Source: Harriotta raleighana (taxonomy: Eukaryota). Taken from it: DNA of 64,000 nucleotides. The stretch spans positions 2,163,491-2,227,490 of the forward strand of contig JBNZDD010013646.1 of assembly GCA_050575255.1 (NCBI GenBank). The letters are read 5' to 3'. Within the stretch, counting starts at the first letter, position 1. Each line of letters starts with the position of its first letter. This document shows, one piece after another, positions 51,265 to 63,146 of this stretch. The notes below the pieces were generated by a model. The model was given only the letters and a program-made list of their open reading frames with translations. It was not told where the DNA came from and did no database searches. Made by a program: the position numbers and the translations under genes.

Positions 51265-51770
51265 GCTCCGTGATTCTCAAAATCGAATTAATTAAAAATG
51301 CCGCCATCCGGATATACACCCACACGAAACTCCATACCCCCATCACACCAATCTTTGTTAGGCTCCACTTGCTCCCAATTACTGAACGGATGGAATTCAA
51401 GATCCTCTTGCTCAGCCTCAAATCCCTTCATACTCTTGCACCTTCCTACCTATCCAAGCAGCTTACCTCTCACACTACCATCTCCGCTCAGCTGTCTCAA
51501 GCCTCCCTTTTGTCCCTCATCTCCTCCACTTGAACATTGGTGTCCATGCCTTCTGCCACTATGTCTTGAATGTTTGGAACTCTCTCCCTTCATTCCTCCT
51601 CTTTGCCACCTCCCACTCTAGCTTGAAATGATGTCTAAAAACTTCCTTTGTGCTTACTGTCAACTGGCCCTTCCTTCTTTCCCTGGCTCGGAGTCATACT
51701 CTGCCATTATTAAGTGCGCCATGATGCTGCTCCACATGAAGGCTGCGGTATAAATGCAAACTGTTGTTAA
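51265..51770 (+). mobile_element. L2 3' fragment (tail type B)
   Basis: IKNAAIRIYTHTK..PITPIFVRLHLLPITERMEFKILLLSLKSLHTLAPSYLS. Confidence 0.85.
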
Positions 51771-52006
51771 TGTTGGGAACACTCATCAGGTCAGGCAGCA
51801 TCTTTGGAGAAAGGAAAGTGAGCCAAAGTTTCAGGTCCGTGACCCTTCGTCAGAACATAGATGGTCTGACACTGTTCTGACAAAGGGTTTTAGATCCGAA
51901 ACATTGACTCATTTTCCTTTCTCCATACATACTGCCTGACCTCCTGATGAGTATTCTTAGCAATTTGTGTATTTGTTTCACACCTCCAGCATCTGCGGTA
52001 TTTTGC
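51771..52006. mobile_element. Palindromic Penelope-like non-autonomous element with two opposed hammerhead-like cores
   Basis: Arms 51771-51857 and 51873-51963 around a 15 nt spacer. Each arm has GTT-CTGAC(G/A)A-AGGG...-GAAAC. Tail ccagcatctgcggtattttgc is shared with 46551-46717. Confidence 0.75.
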
Positions 52007-52971
52007 TGTTTGTTGTCATTGTTATCTGGTTACCTATATAGTTAGCTAAAGAACAATTGAAATTAAAATACAGAGGGAAATTTGCACGTCGCCAGTACCT
52101 CTACATCAACCAGCAAATTCAGATTCATTATTAGATGTCAGTACTCACAGGTTTCAAGAGACTCGTAACAAAAGTAGACGTTTAGTAATTTGAAATAATT
52201 TGGCATAATAATGTGTATATAAATATTAGGATAATTCAATTTGACATTGTTTTTCATATCATAATTACAGAAGACAGGGTCACAGAATTTGAGAGGAAAA
52301 TATCTCACCTCCCCTGTATCAAGAGGTTTTTCTGTACAATTTTCAGCACTGTGCACATTGATAGGTAATAGTTATTTGATAAACTTGGCTGAATTACACA
52401 GAACAACATGAAGGTCAAGAGCAGGTTACCAGATTCATTTATTTCCAGTATCAGAGACAGATCAAGTTCCAGATGATTAGTAGCCTTGTCATCTTTTCAC
52501 TACTTTAGCTGTGCTCAAAGAAAGCTAAAAAAAATGTAGACTGTTATCAGGAAAAAAAAGCCTTATGGAAAGTGACGGCAGAACAATCTAAAATAATTTA
52601 TATAGTCAGCATTCAACGCTAATTCCATCTTCCACACAAAGGAAAGGAAACCTTGTTAAGATCTGAACGATAGACACAGAATGTTAGCTATCTGTGATTA
52701 TATTCACAGCCAAGTCAAAGCAGAAGGGATAAATGTCACCATTTTCTTGATCATAGATGAATGCTCAGAGAAGGTCCAATGCTCTACAGTATAATGTTTT
52801 GAGAGAATTTAATACCACAAAATACTCTGTTTCACAACCATGTCCTTTCCCCAGACAAAGTACATTGATTCTCACCTGAAGAAAAATAATGCTATAATTC
52901 CCTAAAGCATTCTGATTCCCACAGTGCAGCCCGCTGAAGGACTTGGATCATATCAGATGCTGTTTATCATC

Positions 52972-53290
52972 ATCAACAACAACTTGTATTTATATAGTGC
53001 TCTTCATGTGAAGTAGCGTCTCAGAGCTCTTGACAGCGAGCTGGGGCAGATGGAGGAGGGAGGTGTCTGTAAGCACAATCAAAACAGAATGTCTTCAGAC
53101 AGGATTTGAAGATGGGGAGAGAGGAGGCAAGGCTGAGGGATTGAAGGGAAGAGTTCCAGACTTTCAGGGCACAGTGACATAAGGCACGGTAACCAATGGT
53201 GAAGCGGAGGGGACGAGGAACAAACAGGAGTCCGAAGCCAGTGGACTAGAGGCAGTGGGTGGTTCATTGGTGGGTAAGCAGGTGAGATAG
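52972..53290 (-). mobile_element. L2 3' end (tail type B)
   Basis: aacaacttgtatttatatagtgctcttcatgtgaagtagcgtctcagagc, then L2 C-terminal remnant. Confidence 0.82.
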
Positions 53291-53832
53291 GTAGAAATAG
53301 TTATTTATTATTAATATTTATTATGATGGGGCAAGGGCACCAATTGAGCAATTATTATGACAACTATTGTTATATACATGGCATTTCTCAATGTCAGGAG
53401 GATATATCAAGCTAAAGAGAGGAATAAAGGTCATAATGTATGGCCACATTTGTAAAGGTGTCTTTTGCAGTTGGAGAGGGAAGGAGAAAGTCAGATAAAA
53501 TGTGGGATTGATTTCCAGAAAATGTGGACAGAATGACTGAAAGCTCAGCCATAACTGTTAAGGTGGAGTGAGCTATGAATCGGATGTAAGTTGAGTGCTG
53601 ACTGGAGCTTGCGACTGCAGTAATAAGGTTGGTGATGGTTGAACAGGTTGGTGTAAAAACAAGGAGGTAATTTACAATATTGATAAGAAAATTTGAAAAT
53701 AGTCTTCTACAACTCCATTTCGACATCAGTCATTTGTCGGAGGAAGGTAACATTTATACATTGATCTAAACTGCAATTTGTGGTCATGTAATCTGGCTGA
53801 AAATTGCTTCACAAACTTTAATCTCTTCCAAA

Positions 53833-54020
53833 AATAATATAATAATTTGGTCACTCAACCCATGATTGTTTGTAGGACACTGATGAATGCTATTGGCTGC
53901 CGCGTTTTATCCACAAAATGACTAGTCAATTCACTTTACAGTGTATTTTGTGAAACAATTTGAGACTTATTGAAGACATGATCAAGTGCTATATCAAATA
54001 CAAAGATTGCTATTGTCATT
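53833..54020 (+). mobile_element. Young SINE, 3' part
   Basis: tattggctgccgcgttttatccacaaa...gtcaattcactttacagtg...ctatatcaaatacaaagatt. Confidence 0.82.
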
Positions 54021-54859
54021 GGTGAAAACTGCAACATCAATCTAGATATTTGACCTGCATGGTTTTAGATTTCACTTAGAGCTTTGTGTGAAAGTGTTGC
54101 ATTTCTCAGATTTGCTTTCCCCAAGAACAGTTTTTAAAAATCATTTCAAGTTTCACAAATAGCTCAACTGATTTAAGCAACATTCAGTATCTTAAAGCCA
54201 TGTTGACTAGGAAAGCTGCAGGCTTGATTCCTGGATTTTGTTGTATTTAATGGATTACATTTGCTATCCCAGTAGAATTGCAACATTCAGATCCTGTGCT
54301 ATTGAGACTGAGAGGAACAATCAGCCAAGGTAGTTGTTCCTGTTGCTATCCTGCTGAAAAGTTGGTGATTTTACATCTGGATGCTTCACACAGATGTTTC
54401 TTTACACTTCAATAGCTTGTCAATATATGTTGAGAGGACGTCCCAAGGCACTAAACAGTCAAGAATCTGAATACGAGCTGGGGGTTCTCAAGTGAAGAAT
54501 GATCACTGGACAAACGGTAAGAAAGATCCTCAGAGAACCACTTCCAACAAGAGACCAACCTTTCAGGAACAAAGGGGAATATAATTGTTGCGGGGTGGGA
54601 GAGCGAATGTGGGAAAAATAATGATTTGATAAATAATATTAAGATCAACAAGAGATCAGCAGAAAATGAAATGTTCTTTATTATAAAGTCAGCAAACTTA
54701 TCAACAATTGGAGTGCCTCACCGTAAATGTATTCAGCCTTTTCAAAGTGTTGCATATACATGTCACTGAACTAAACAGCTAACTGAATTACTAAAATATA
54801 TTTTTGTACTGTAATGTTGCATACACTCTAAAAATTTCCATAGCTTGTTCCAATTAAAA

Positions 54860-55375
54860 ATACCTCCTCCGCTTCCGCCATGGGCTACTGAGCCCCTTAT
54901 TTATTTCTTCATCATGTCCAGGTTTTATTATTTCGACACCGCTCACTATCATACTGTGTCCTCTCCCACAACAGCCTCTGTGAGCCTACCATCCTCATCT
55001 CCACTCATCTCCATTGGCTTCCCATACCCTAGTGGATAGAATTCAAATATTTTCAAATATCAAATGCAAGGATTATTATAATTCAAGTTTTTCAGCCTCA
55101 CATGAAAATCCCTCCAAGGCTTCATCTGCACCACTTCTGTGACCTCCTGGAACCCTACTGATCCAATCAGTCCCTCTGCTCAACAAACACAGGCATAATT
55201 CATGTTCCTCAGTTGATTCACGCTAGTATTGGTGGGTGAACTTTCTTTCCTATACCCTCCACCTTCCTTAACTCAGCCCCCACCACACACATGTACGTGA
55301 GTTTCCACCCATCTTGGTGAAATGTATGTGATAGCATCCCGATGTGAAAGTTGGTATAGAAATGCTTATTGTATT
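54860..55375 (+). mobile_element. Old L2 3' fragment with a SINE tail inserted at ~55055-55080
   Basis: ctccattggcttcccata...atagaattcaa, attggtgggtgaactttc, tail gatgtgaaagttggtatagaaatg. Confidence 0.65.
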
Positions 55376-56299
55376 GTATAATCATTTGTAATCAGTGTTT
55401 TGAATCTAATGAATATTTTTTTCAATTAAGATTTTGCCATTCATCTTGGTTGGTAGACCCATTTCGTGAAATATACCATTAGCAGTTTTTCTGCAGCAGC
55501 TAACATGGAATGGTGTTACATTCCAAACCACCAATGCTCTTTTATTTTTAATCAACAAAATCGATGCAAACTTTAAGTGATTCCCACTGCCCTCATATTC
55601 TGCTGTGGGACCAGAATGTAAATTATTTTCCTTTACTTCAATCGGATGTTATGTGATGGACATTGTTTAAGTTTATGTTCTGAGCTACTGAAAATGAAAG
55701 TCAATAAAAACTCCCTGGATTAAAGAACAGGCAAGGTTGACCCTGCTGTAGAAGGAGTAACACAATGAAGTGGAAAATGTCAACAGAGGAACTGTTGTTC
55801 AAATTAACTCTGTGTTTTCAACATGCCAAGTCTGAAATGGAGCTCTAATTCTAGTACAGAGAAAAATAGGGGTAAAAGCATAGATAAGAAAATGAACATG
55901 GATCATTAACTGCTTGGTAGTCTGTCTGCCGAGCAGATTTTCTACCATGTAATAACAAACAAGCTGAGCAACACAGTCCGTTATTGAACTGCCTGACAAA
56001 TGTTGTATCTTTTTTTATTTCCACCATTTTTTCTCTGCCAGTCTTGAACTTCTTGAAATCCGAGTCCTTCAAAATCAATGCTGCTTCCCATTTCTTCCAT
56101 TTGTCTTTGCCTTACAGTATCTTCCATCTCTCATACTCTCTAGCTAAGCTAGTGCCATTATCGAGGCTGAATCTTTCACTCTGCTATTTTGCTCTCTGGT
56201 TTCTGAATATTTTTTTCTGTCGGCAATTTGTTTTTGCAGCAATGGGATAATGGGAATAGAAAAATAAAATAGAGAAACGATAATCTCACGGAAATAATA

Positions 56300-56485
56300 A
56301 AAACAGCTTGCATTTACATAGCGCTCTTCATATGGGATTTAGGAGAGCTATCAATGATGCTGAACTGGGGACAACTGAGAGGTGACCATAGGCACATTGA
56401 AAGAGGAAACTCTTCAGGTGTGATCTGCAGATGAGGAAAGAGGGAATAAGGTGGAGAGACTGAGGTAGGGATTTCCAGAGACTCT
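56300..56485 (-). mobile_element. L2 3' end (tail type B), degraded
   Basis: acagcttgcatttacatagcgctcttcat...gggatttccagag. Confidence 0.7.
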
Positions 56486-56699
56486 GTAAATACTGTATAT
56501 GGACATAACAATATGTAATCTTTTTTCTTTATTGTGTGAACCAGTAAACGTAGACATACTAATATAAAATAATGTACTCATAATATAAGTTGACTAAAAA
56601 TAGTAACAGAATAATGTCAAGAGAAGCGCCCAGATGAATGCTGGTAGATGGGTCATATTTGGCCTGACTGGGTTTGTTAGCAGCTAGTCATGTACTGCT

Positions 56700-57120
56700 G
56701 ACTGTGAAAAACAGGCTGGTACGAGATGGCTGAGATGGGGTATGGAGATAAGGTAACATCTGCACACACCCAATTAACCATTGTATGCGAGAGCCATCTC
56801 AAGGTCTGGGAAAAGAAGGGAGGAGAGCACAGGAAAATTAGGAAAGACCATGATGATAGAAGAAGAATGGGTAGAGTGCCATGAATCAGTTATGTAGAGA
56901 ACATTAGAAGAGATTAACCAATTAAAGGACGAGTTAAGGAAAGGTACTAGAAGGCACAAAAGGATTGAAAAAAGCTAGTTGAAATTGAGAGTAGGGCAAG
57001 GGTCACCAAGAATCAGGAGACACCAGAATGACCAATGAGGGAAGGGCCGGTTTTAAAGTAAGTGAGTTTGGTGGAAAAGCTTAAAGATAGGAGGGAAAGA
57101 GTGGCTCAACACAACAATTG
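56700..57120 (-). mobile_element. Probable old LINE endonuclease-region remnant
   Basis: Purine-rich plus strand; minus strand ctcctgattcttggtgac (LLILGD)...ttcaac. Confidence 0.4.
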
Positions 57121-58358
57121 GGGAGTATCTTGAGATAGAAGCAGAGATCTCCAGCCTGCTGCTGTTGTCCAGAACTACTCAAATGGGTAATATGGTTTCA
57201 GTCATTGTGTTTTACAGGCAGCAAAGGGTCAGTCACAAAAGCAAGTGCCTGGTCTTACGCTCAGTGAATAGGCTAGATAGCACAAGAGGGGTGCTGTTGT
57301 ATGCTCTCAGATAGACAAGGTTGTTATCTGTGAATAGAGAGAGAGAGGGAGAGAAGACCAGTTTATGGGAACGAAAAAAACCTCTTGGGACAAATAGAAG
57401 GGAAGACGAGTGAGGAAGTGCCCCTCAGCCTCAGTCAACCCAAGTGATTCATTGATCATCAGAGACCAAGTTTACCAGGGGCTCAGAGGGCCATCAGTTA
57501 TCAGGAACCGAGTTGAGCAACCGGCTACTGAGGAAGAGGTGGTACGAGGAAAGTGTTGATTTCAGCAGCTGACAGAAATAACAAGCAATTGCCAAGAAGG
57601 AGGAATAGATAGAGAGCAGGGACTTGGTCGAGGACATCTGGCAACTTGTGAATGAACGGGACGAAAGCAACCAGACCTTGAGACACTTTTCACCAGGGGG
57701 CTTAATCGGTAGTAAATTGCACACTCACGCATCCATACACTGTGTGGTGGGAGCAGTACACGTATGCAGAGTAGATAAATTACTAATCCTTAGAGTATAT
57801 GCTTGTTTATCTTGATACATTTTTTTGTGTATCTCATATGATTGATCGGTTGATTATTATAACTATTCGCATTTAGTTGTCGATAAAGATAATTTCAAAT
57901 CTGACTCAAAGTATCTGGCTACCGATTGATTCTGTATCCATAAAAATTTACAATTACATAACTCCATTATGAACAGCACATCAAGCATTCATACCAAAAT
58001 CCATTTGTATGTAAAAATCATACTTTTCCGAACTGGAATGTGCTCTAATCTATATAATCATAATCTTTGCATTTCATATTGCACCTTATTATGTCAACAA
58101 GCAGTTTGAAAGCAAAAATCGCAAAGGAACAATGATCTGTATTAAAGATCCATGTGTGAAAACGCATAGCCCATTGATCATTGTTCATTGTGTTAAAGTC
58201 TATTGTTATTCTATATAAATGCATAGAAATAAGTAGTCTTTCATAACAGATTCAAAGTACAGTATATCAATTCTCTGATGGAAACAGCAGTTTTATCCCA
58301 TAGGATAAGGTTTGTGATGTTTCGTAATGAGTAGCTTGACACATTAATAAATTGTTCC

Positions 58359-58577
58359 AATTAATACAAGGCACATGTTAAGGAATGTCACAAGCTTCAT
58401 CCCGACGTGAAGGAGATATCCTCCCAACGTGAAAGGCGCTCTATAAATGTAATTTTGTTGTTGTTGCTCATCCTTAACATCAGACGTGGTTTCACCTGAT
58501 TGAAAGGCTGCTTATTTCTGGTTTCAAGTTAAAGATGAGGTGTGTGACATTCCTTAACATGTTCATTTGTGTTAATT
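58359..58577. repeat. Old hairpin or MITE-like inverted repeat (~60 bp arms) interrupted by an L2 tail at ~58402-58465
   Basis: aattaatacaaggcacatgttaaggaatgtcacaagcttcatc pairs with gatgaggtgtgtgacattccttaacatgttcatttgtgttaatt. Confidence 0.8.
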
Positions 58578-59754
58578 AAAATGAGGGACATGTCATGAAG
58601 TGTTGTATTCTTTACTCCATTGTCCTTGTTGAACATTTTCATATGCAAAGAATTCTACTTAAAATGCATTTAAAATGCAATGAAAGGAACATTATATGAG
58701 CTTATTAGTTCTACATTATTAACAAGATATTCTACTCACACACATACACATGAATAGTTATACACCCCAGTGAACAACAGCTTCCATTTTAATATGATTT
58801 TTGTTTTAATCACAATTTACATTACCAGAAACATTGCCAAGAATTGACAGAATAACTTTCAGTTGTTAAATGTCTTTCTTCACATTCCTTTTGTTTTTTG
58901 TGTGGGGGTGGGTGGTGGGGATAAACCGAGAACATTTCTACATAATGTCACTGATGCAGCCCAATAACTGGATAAGCAGTATCAGTTTTCCTTTCAGATT
59001 TGCAGAACTTCACATTAACATTGTTATGCACGATAGCTTTATGCAATTTAAACCAACAAAATGTTCATTTTAATAGCCTGGGGTGTTTACATTGCAAAAC
59101 AGGCTGTCAAATTGTTGGTAGTTCAGGGTTATTCAGTACATTTATCATTCCATTTGTAGCAGTTTGCATAGGAAAACACAGCATCTGCAGTGAGTTATTT
59201 CGATACATGTCCAAGCTCTATTGAGAAATCATTTTTAAAATTGTAAAAAAAAACATGAAATTTGTTGTTAGGTGAATACTGGAGCCACTTTAAACAATTA
59301 GTCCTTGCATTCTGTGCATATTTGTCCCACAATTATATTTCTTTAGACTATAATCTCCCAGGGACAATGGAGTTGACTATTATTGATGCCAAAGTAAACT
59401 AAATCACAGCATTTGCATATAGGTCTTCTCTGTCTGATGTGTGTGGCAAGAGGCATTTATATTTTACATTTACTAATGAGAGTGGGATTTGAAGCATGCA
59501 GAACAGGGAACATGAACATTCACAAACAATGGGAAATAGATGAACCAGAACACTGAAAGCTGGTGAGTCTGACACCAGCTGCAGGGAAAGCATTGGAGTG
59601 AATTCCAAAGTAAGGAATGATGAAGCAACTGGAGAAATGCAAGAGTGAAAAAAATGTGGGAAAATTGTCACAATTGATAATTATTCAAATGCATATTCAA
59701 ATTCCTTATTGAGGAATTCAATTTAAAAATACCGCAGATTACCTTTTGTTTCAA

Positions 59755-60870
59755 ACAACAACAACTTTGATTTATATAGCGCCCTCCACGCCGGACGGCG
59801 TCTCAGAGCGCTTCATAACAGCAGATCCCAGGATCGAGCCAGGGGCAGGAGTAGAAAGGTGACCAAAGGCAATCGAACAGAAAGGTCTTCAGCTGGGACC
59901 TGAAACTGGAAAAAGTGGGGGCGAGGCAGAGGGAGTGAGGAAGAGCCTCGGGGCATAGTGGCTGAAAGCACGGCTGCCGAGGGTGGAGTGGAGGATTCGG
60001 GGAGTACGGAGGAGGCCAGACCCGGTGAAGCGAAGACAGCGGGTGCTACTTGAGGAGAAAGGAGGTCAGAGATCAGAGAGATAGGGGGATGCAGAGGAGT
60101 GGAGGGATTTGAAGATGTGGGTGAGGATCTTGAAATCAATCCTCTCTGGGATAGGGATCCAGAGAAGTCTGGCAAGGACTGGGGTAATGGGTCAGCGAAG
60201 TTTGGTGTGGGTGAGAATGCAAGCGACAGAGCTCTGAATTAGCTGGACTCTGTGGATTGTGGAGGAGGGGAGACCGGAGAGGAGGGCATTGCAATAGTCC
60301 AGCCAAGAAGTGACAAAAGGCGTGAACCAGGGTTTCAGTGGGTTTTGGGGTGAGGTATTGGCAGAAGCGACAATCTGTCGGAGGTGGAAGAAGGCAGTGC
60401 TGGTGAGGGACCGGATGTGAGGGAGGAAGGACAGTTGGGAGTCGAACCTGACGTCTAGGTTGCGCACAGTTTTGGAAAGATTTAGGGGCAGACCAGGAAA
60501 GTGGAGGAGATGAGAGCCATGCGAATGGAGAAATTGACGAGAGCTAAAGAGTATAGTCTCCGTCTTGTCAACATTCAAGTGAAATAAATTAGTGCTTTTC
60601 CAGCTCCTGATGTCTGACAAGGAGGCTGACAGAACATCAGGGGACTAGGGTAGCAAAGTGAAGTGGAGAACTAGAGCTGGGTGTCATCCACATGTGGAAG
60701 TGTGCCCCATGTCTGCAGATGACATCTCCAAGAGGGAGCATATAGATGAGGAAGAGGAGGGGGGGCAAAAATGGATCCCTGGGGTACCCAACAGGTAACA
60801 GGGTGAAAGCGAGAGGAAAAAGTGTTTGTGGTGATGTACTGCTGGTGGTTTGTGAGGTAGGACTCAAACC
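59755..60870 (-). mobile_element. L2 LINE (tail type B), RT to 3' end
   Basis: VPQGSIF, HVDDTQL, LSDIRSW..TNLFHLNVDKTE, VRNLDVRFDSQLSF, FVTSWLDYCNALLSGLP; intact tail stem-loop. Confidence 0.93.
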
Positions 60871-60886
60871 GGTACTTTTCGAAGTA

Positions 60887-61288
60887 TAGTAATTTATCCA
60901 TGACTCAATGAACCGGAAACCCCATTGAACCGGACCCTCGAAAAAGAAGTCCCGATTCGATAAACCGGAAGTTATCCGGCAGAATAGTGATGACCATTTA
61001 ATGAATCAATTGTCACACATGAGTACTGGTGCAAGTATTTCGGCTAGCCTCTAGTCAAGTCTAAACTTGTTCCTGCTCTTTTTAAAAGATGCGTTTTTTT
61101 TAATGTCCGTCGGGTGAGGGCTGCCATTGCGAAGTTAAGTATAAATAATAAAATTTTAATACAATATTCTGTTTTTATTTAGTCTATTATTAATATGGTA
61201 GTGTGTTAAAATATTTTTTTATTTTTTGAAAACCGTTCAACTGCCACTGGCCAGGTCCCGTCAGTGCCGGGTAAATGGGGTTTTACTG
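60887..61288. mobile_element. Tigger/pogo-like MITE, same family as 25439-26109, reversed
   Basis: TA|TAGTAATTTATCCATGACTCAATGAACC ... ggccaggtcccgtcagtgccgggtaaatggggttttactg|TA. Confidence 0.82.
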
Positions 61289-62234
61289 TACTATACTTGA
61301 GAAGTCAATCTGCTAAAATTATTCATATTGATAAAATAAAGTGTCTGTATGTGGGGGGCTCTGAAGTAAAAATAGATGTAGATACAAGTCATCACTGCTA
61401 TGCCCACACAACACTCATCCCCTCCCCCCCCCCACACACACACCCATGCCCCAATCATATACATACATTGAAACAATGCATTCATAGACTAGGCCAACAC
61501 TCAAGTGCACCACTCAGGGAATGAACTATATTGTTGGGTATTCCACCATTCAGTTGAGGCATTCAACTGAGCACATCTCTGTCAGTAAAGGTGGGTATTA
61601 AAGATCCCTCACTATATTTTACTACATTTGTAAGGACTTGAAACATGCTAATGCCAAACACAAGGAATATTATCAGAGCATCGTGACCAATCCGCAGGAA
61701 ACCCACAAAATATTTCTGTTGTGGACTCCCATGATTGAACCATGATTTACTGCAGATGAAATCCATATCAGCAGCTCTGAGTTACTATTAGTAAATCCAG
61801 TCACGAATCGCTGCTTTTTCGACCCCAATGATCACTGTAGCTTTATTCTTTATTCTCAACCGTACGTGAAAAAACAGTCTTCAATTGAATAAAATGGTTT
61901 CATGGTTGAAAAAATATGTCCCGACGAGGTTAGTGAATTGAGCATCCATGCGGCACTTTGCTGATACCTTTGTTTGTACGTTGTTTGTTCCGTTCCGAAT
62001 AACACTGTCGTATTCTGGAATAATATAAGAACCTATCATATGCTCACAATGTTGTAAAAATATATTTGTATGGTATCTCATCGGAACAAACAGGAGAGAA
62101 TTCAATTTCCGGTTTTATTACCAGTTATTATTGAATTGCAGAAAATGGTTGTTGATTTTATAGAAATTCCCTTTGAAGGATTATTGTCTAATTGACCAAA
62201 GTGTTTCAAATTGCGGGGAATAAGAAAGTATTCT

Positions 62235-62400
62235 GCTGCCCTCCCAACTCTCCCTCCCCTCCCAACTCTCCCTCCCCTCCTAACTCTCTCCCGTCCCTCC
62301 CCCTCTCCCTTGCTTGTGTCCCAACCTGACTGTTCAGCGCCTTGAGACATCCTCCCGATGTGAAACACACTCTATAAATTTAATTTTGTTGTTGTTGTTT
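62235..62400 (+). mobile_element. L2 3' tail with three 19 bp tandem repeats (ctcccaactctccctcccc)
   Basis: cagcgccttgagacatcctcccgatgtgaaac...aattttgttgttg. Confidence 0.8.
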
Positions 62401-62710
62401 CATGTAAGGTGGGTGCCTCATACTGGTTCATGGTGTTCGATGGGCAAGTGATCTGGAGTTGACAAATTGAATAGGGGATAGATGAGCAAAGGCAATGACA
62501 GAGGTACACATTTTGAAATGTGTCTTGAATGAGGGGAAGCAAAGAGCAATGGGAGGCAATGCAAGACGGAGTTGTAGAAAGTGAAGGCAGAATGGCTGGA
62601 TAACCATAATATTGCCTATATCAGAGAGAAAAAAAAGAAACACAGAGAGAAAGTGATTTTAGAGTGTGATCACATTTCAAACCACAAGTATATTTGAGCC
62701 AATACAAGAC

Positions 62711-63011
62711 AATAATAATAATCATTGCATTTAATATGGTACTTTTCACATCTTCTAGACTTCTCAAAGAGCTTCACAGAATACACTGTAAAGTGAATTG
62801 ACTGTGTATTTGTGGGCTAAATGCGGCAGCCAATTGCACACAGCAGTTTCCCAAAAACATTGAGTAACTAAATTATTATTGTTTTCTGTGAAGGATTATT
62901 ATCAGGCTTGTGGAGTAGGGAAACTTGCCTAAATCTTCGCCCTGGCTGGGAATTAAACCCAGGTCTCTCACTTGCGAGGCGAGTGCTCTAACCACTGAGC
63001 TATAGGACTCC
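62711..63011 (-). mobile_element. Full-length young tRNA/Deu SINE
   Basis: Tail, core gcggcagccaattgcacacagcag, and head reverse complement gagtgctctaaccactgagctataggactcc. Confidence 0.92.
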
Positions 63012-63146
63012 ACTTTAAGAAATACAAAAGCACTAGAAAAGCATCTTAAGCTTTGAATATTTGAAGATAATTTTTGTTTGCCAATTTCAGTCTCAGTCTA
63101 TCTTAATTGGTGGCATTGTTGCGAAATGGTGGCAAGAGGTTCATAT

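Noticed and set aside
58127-58186. Inverted pair gaacaatgatc / gatcattgttc (SOX-like sites)
   Set aside because: An 11 bp arm with a ~38 bp spacer is too weak on its own, and the spacing does not fit SOXE dimer sites.
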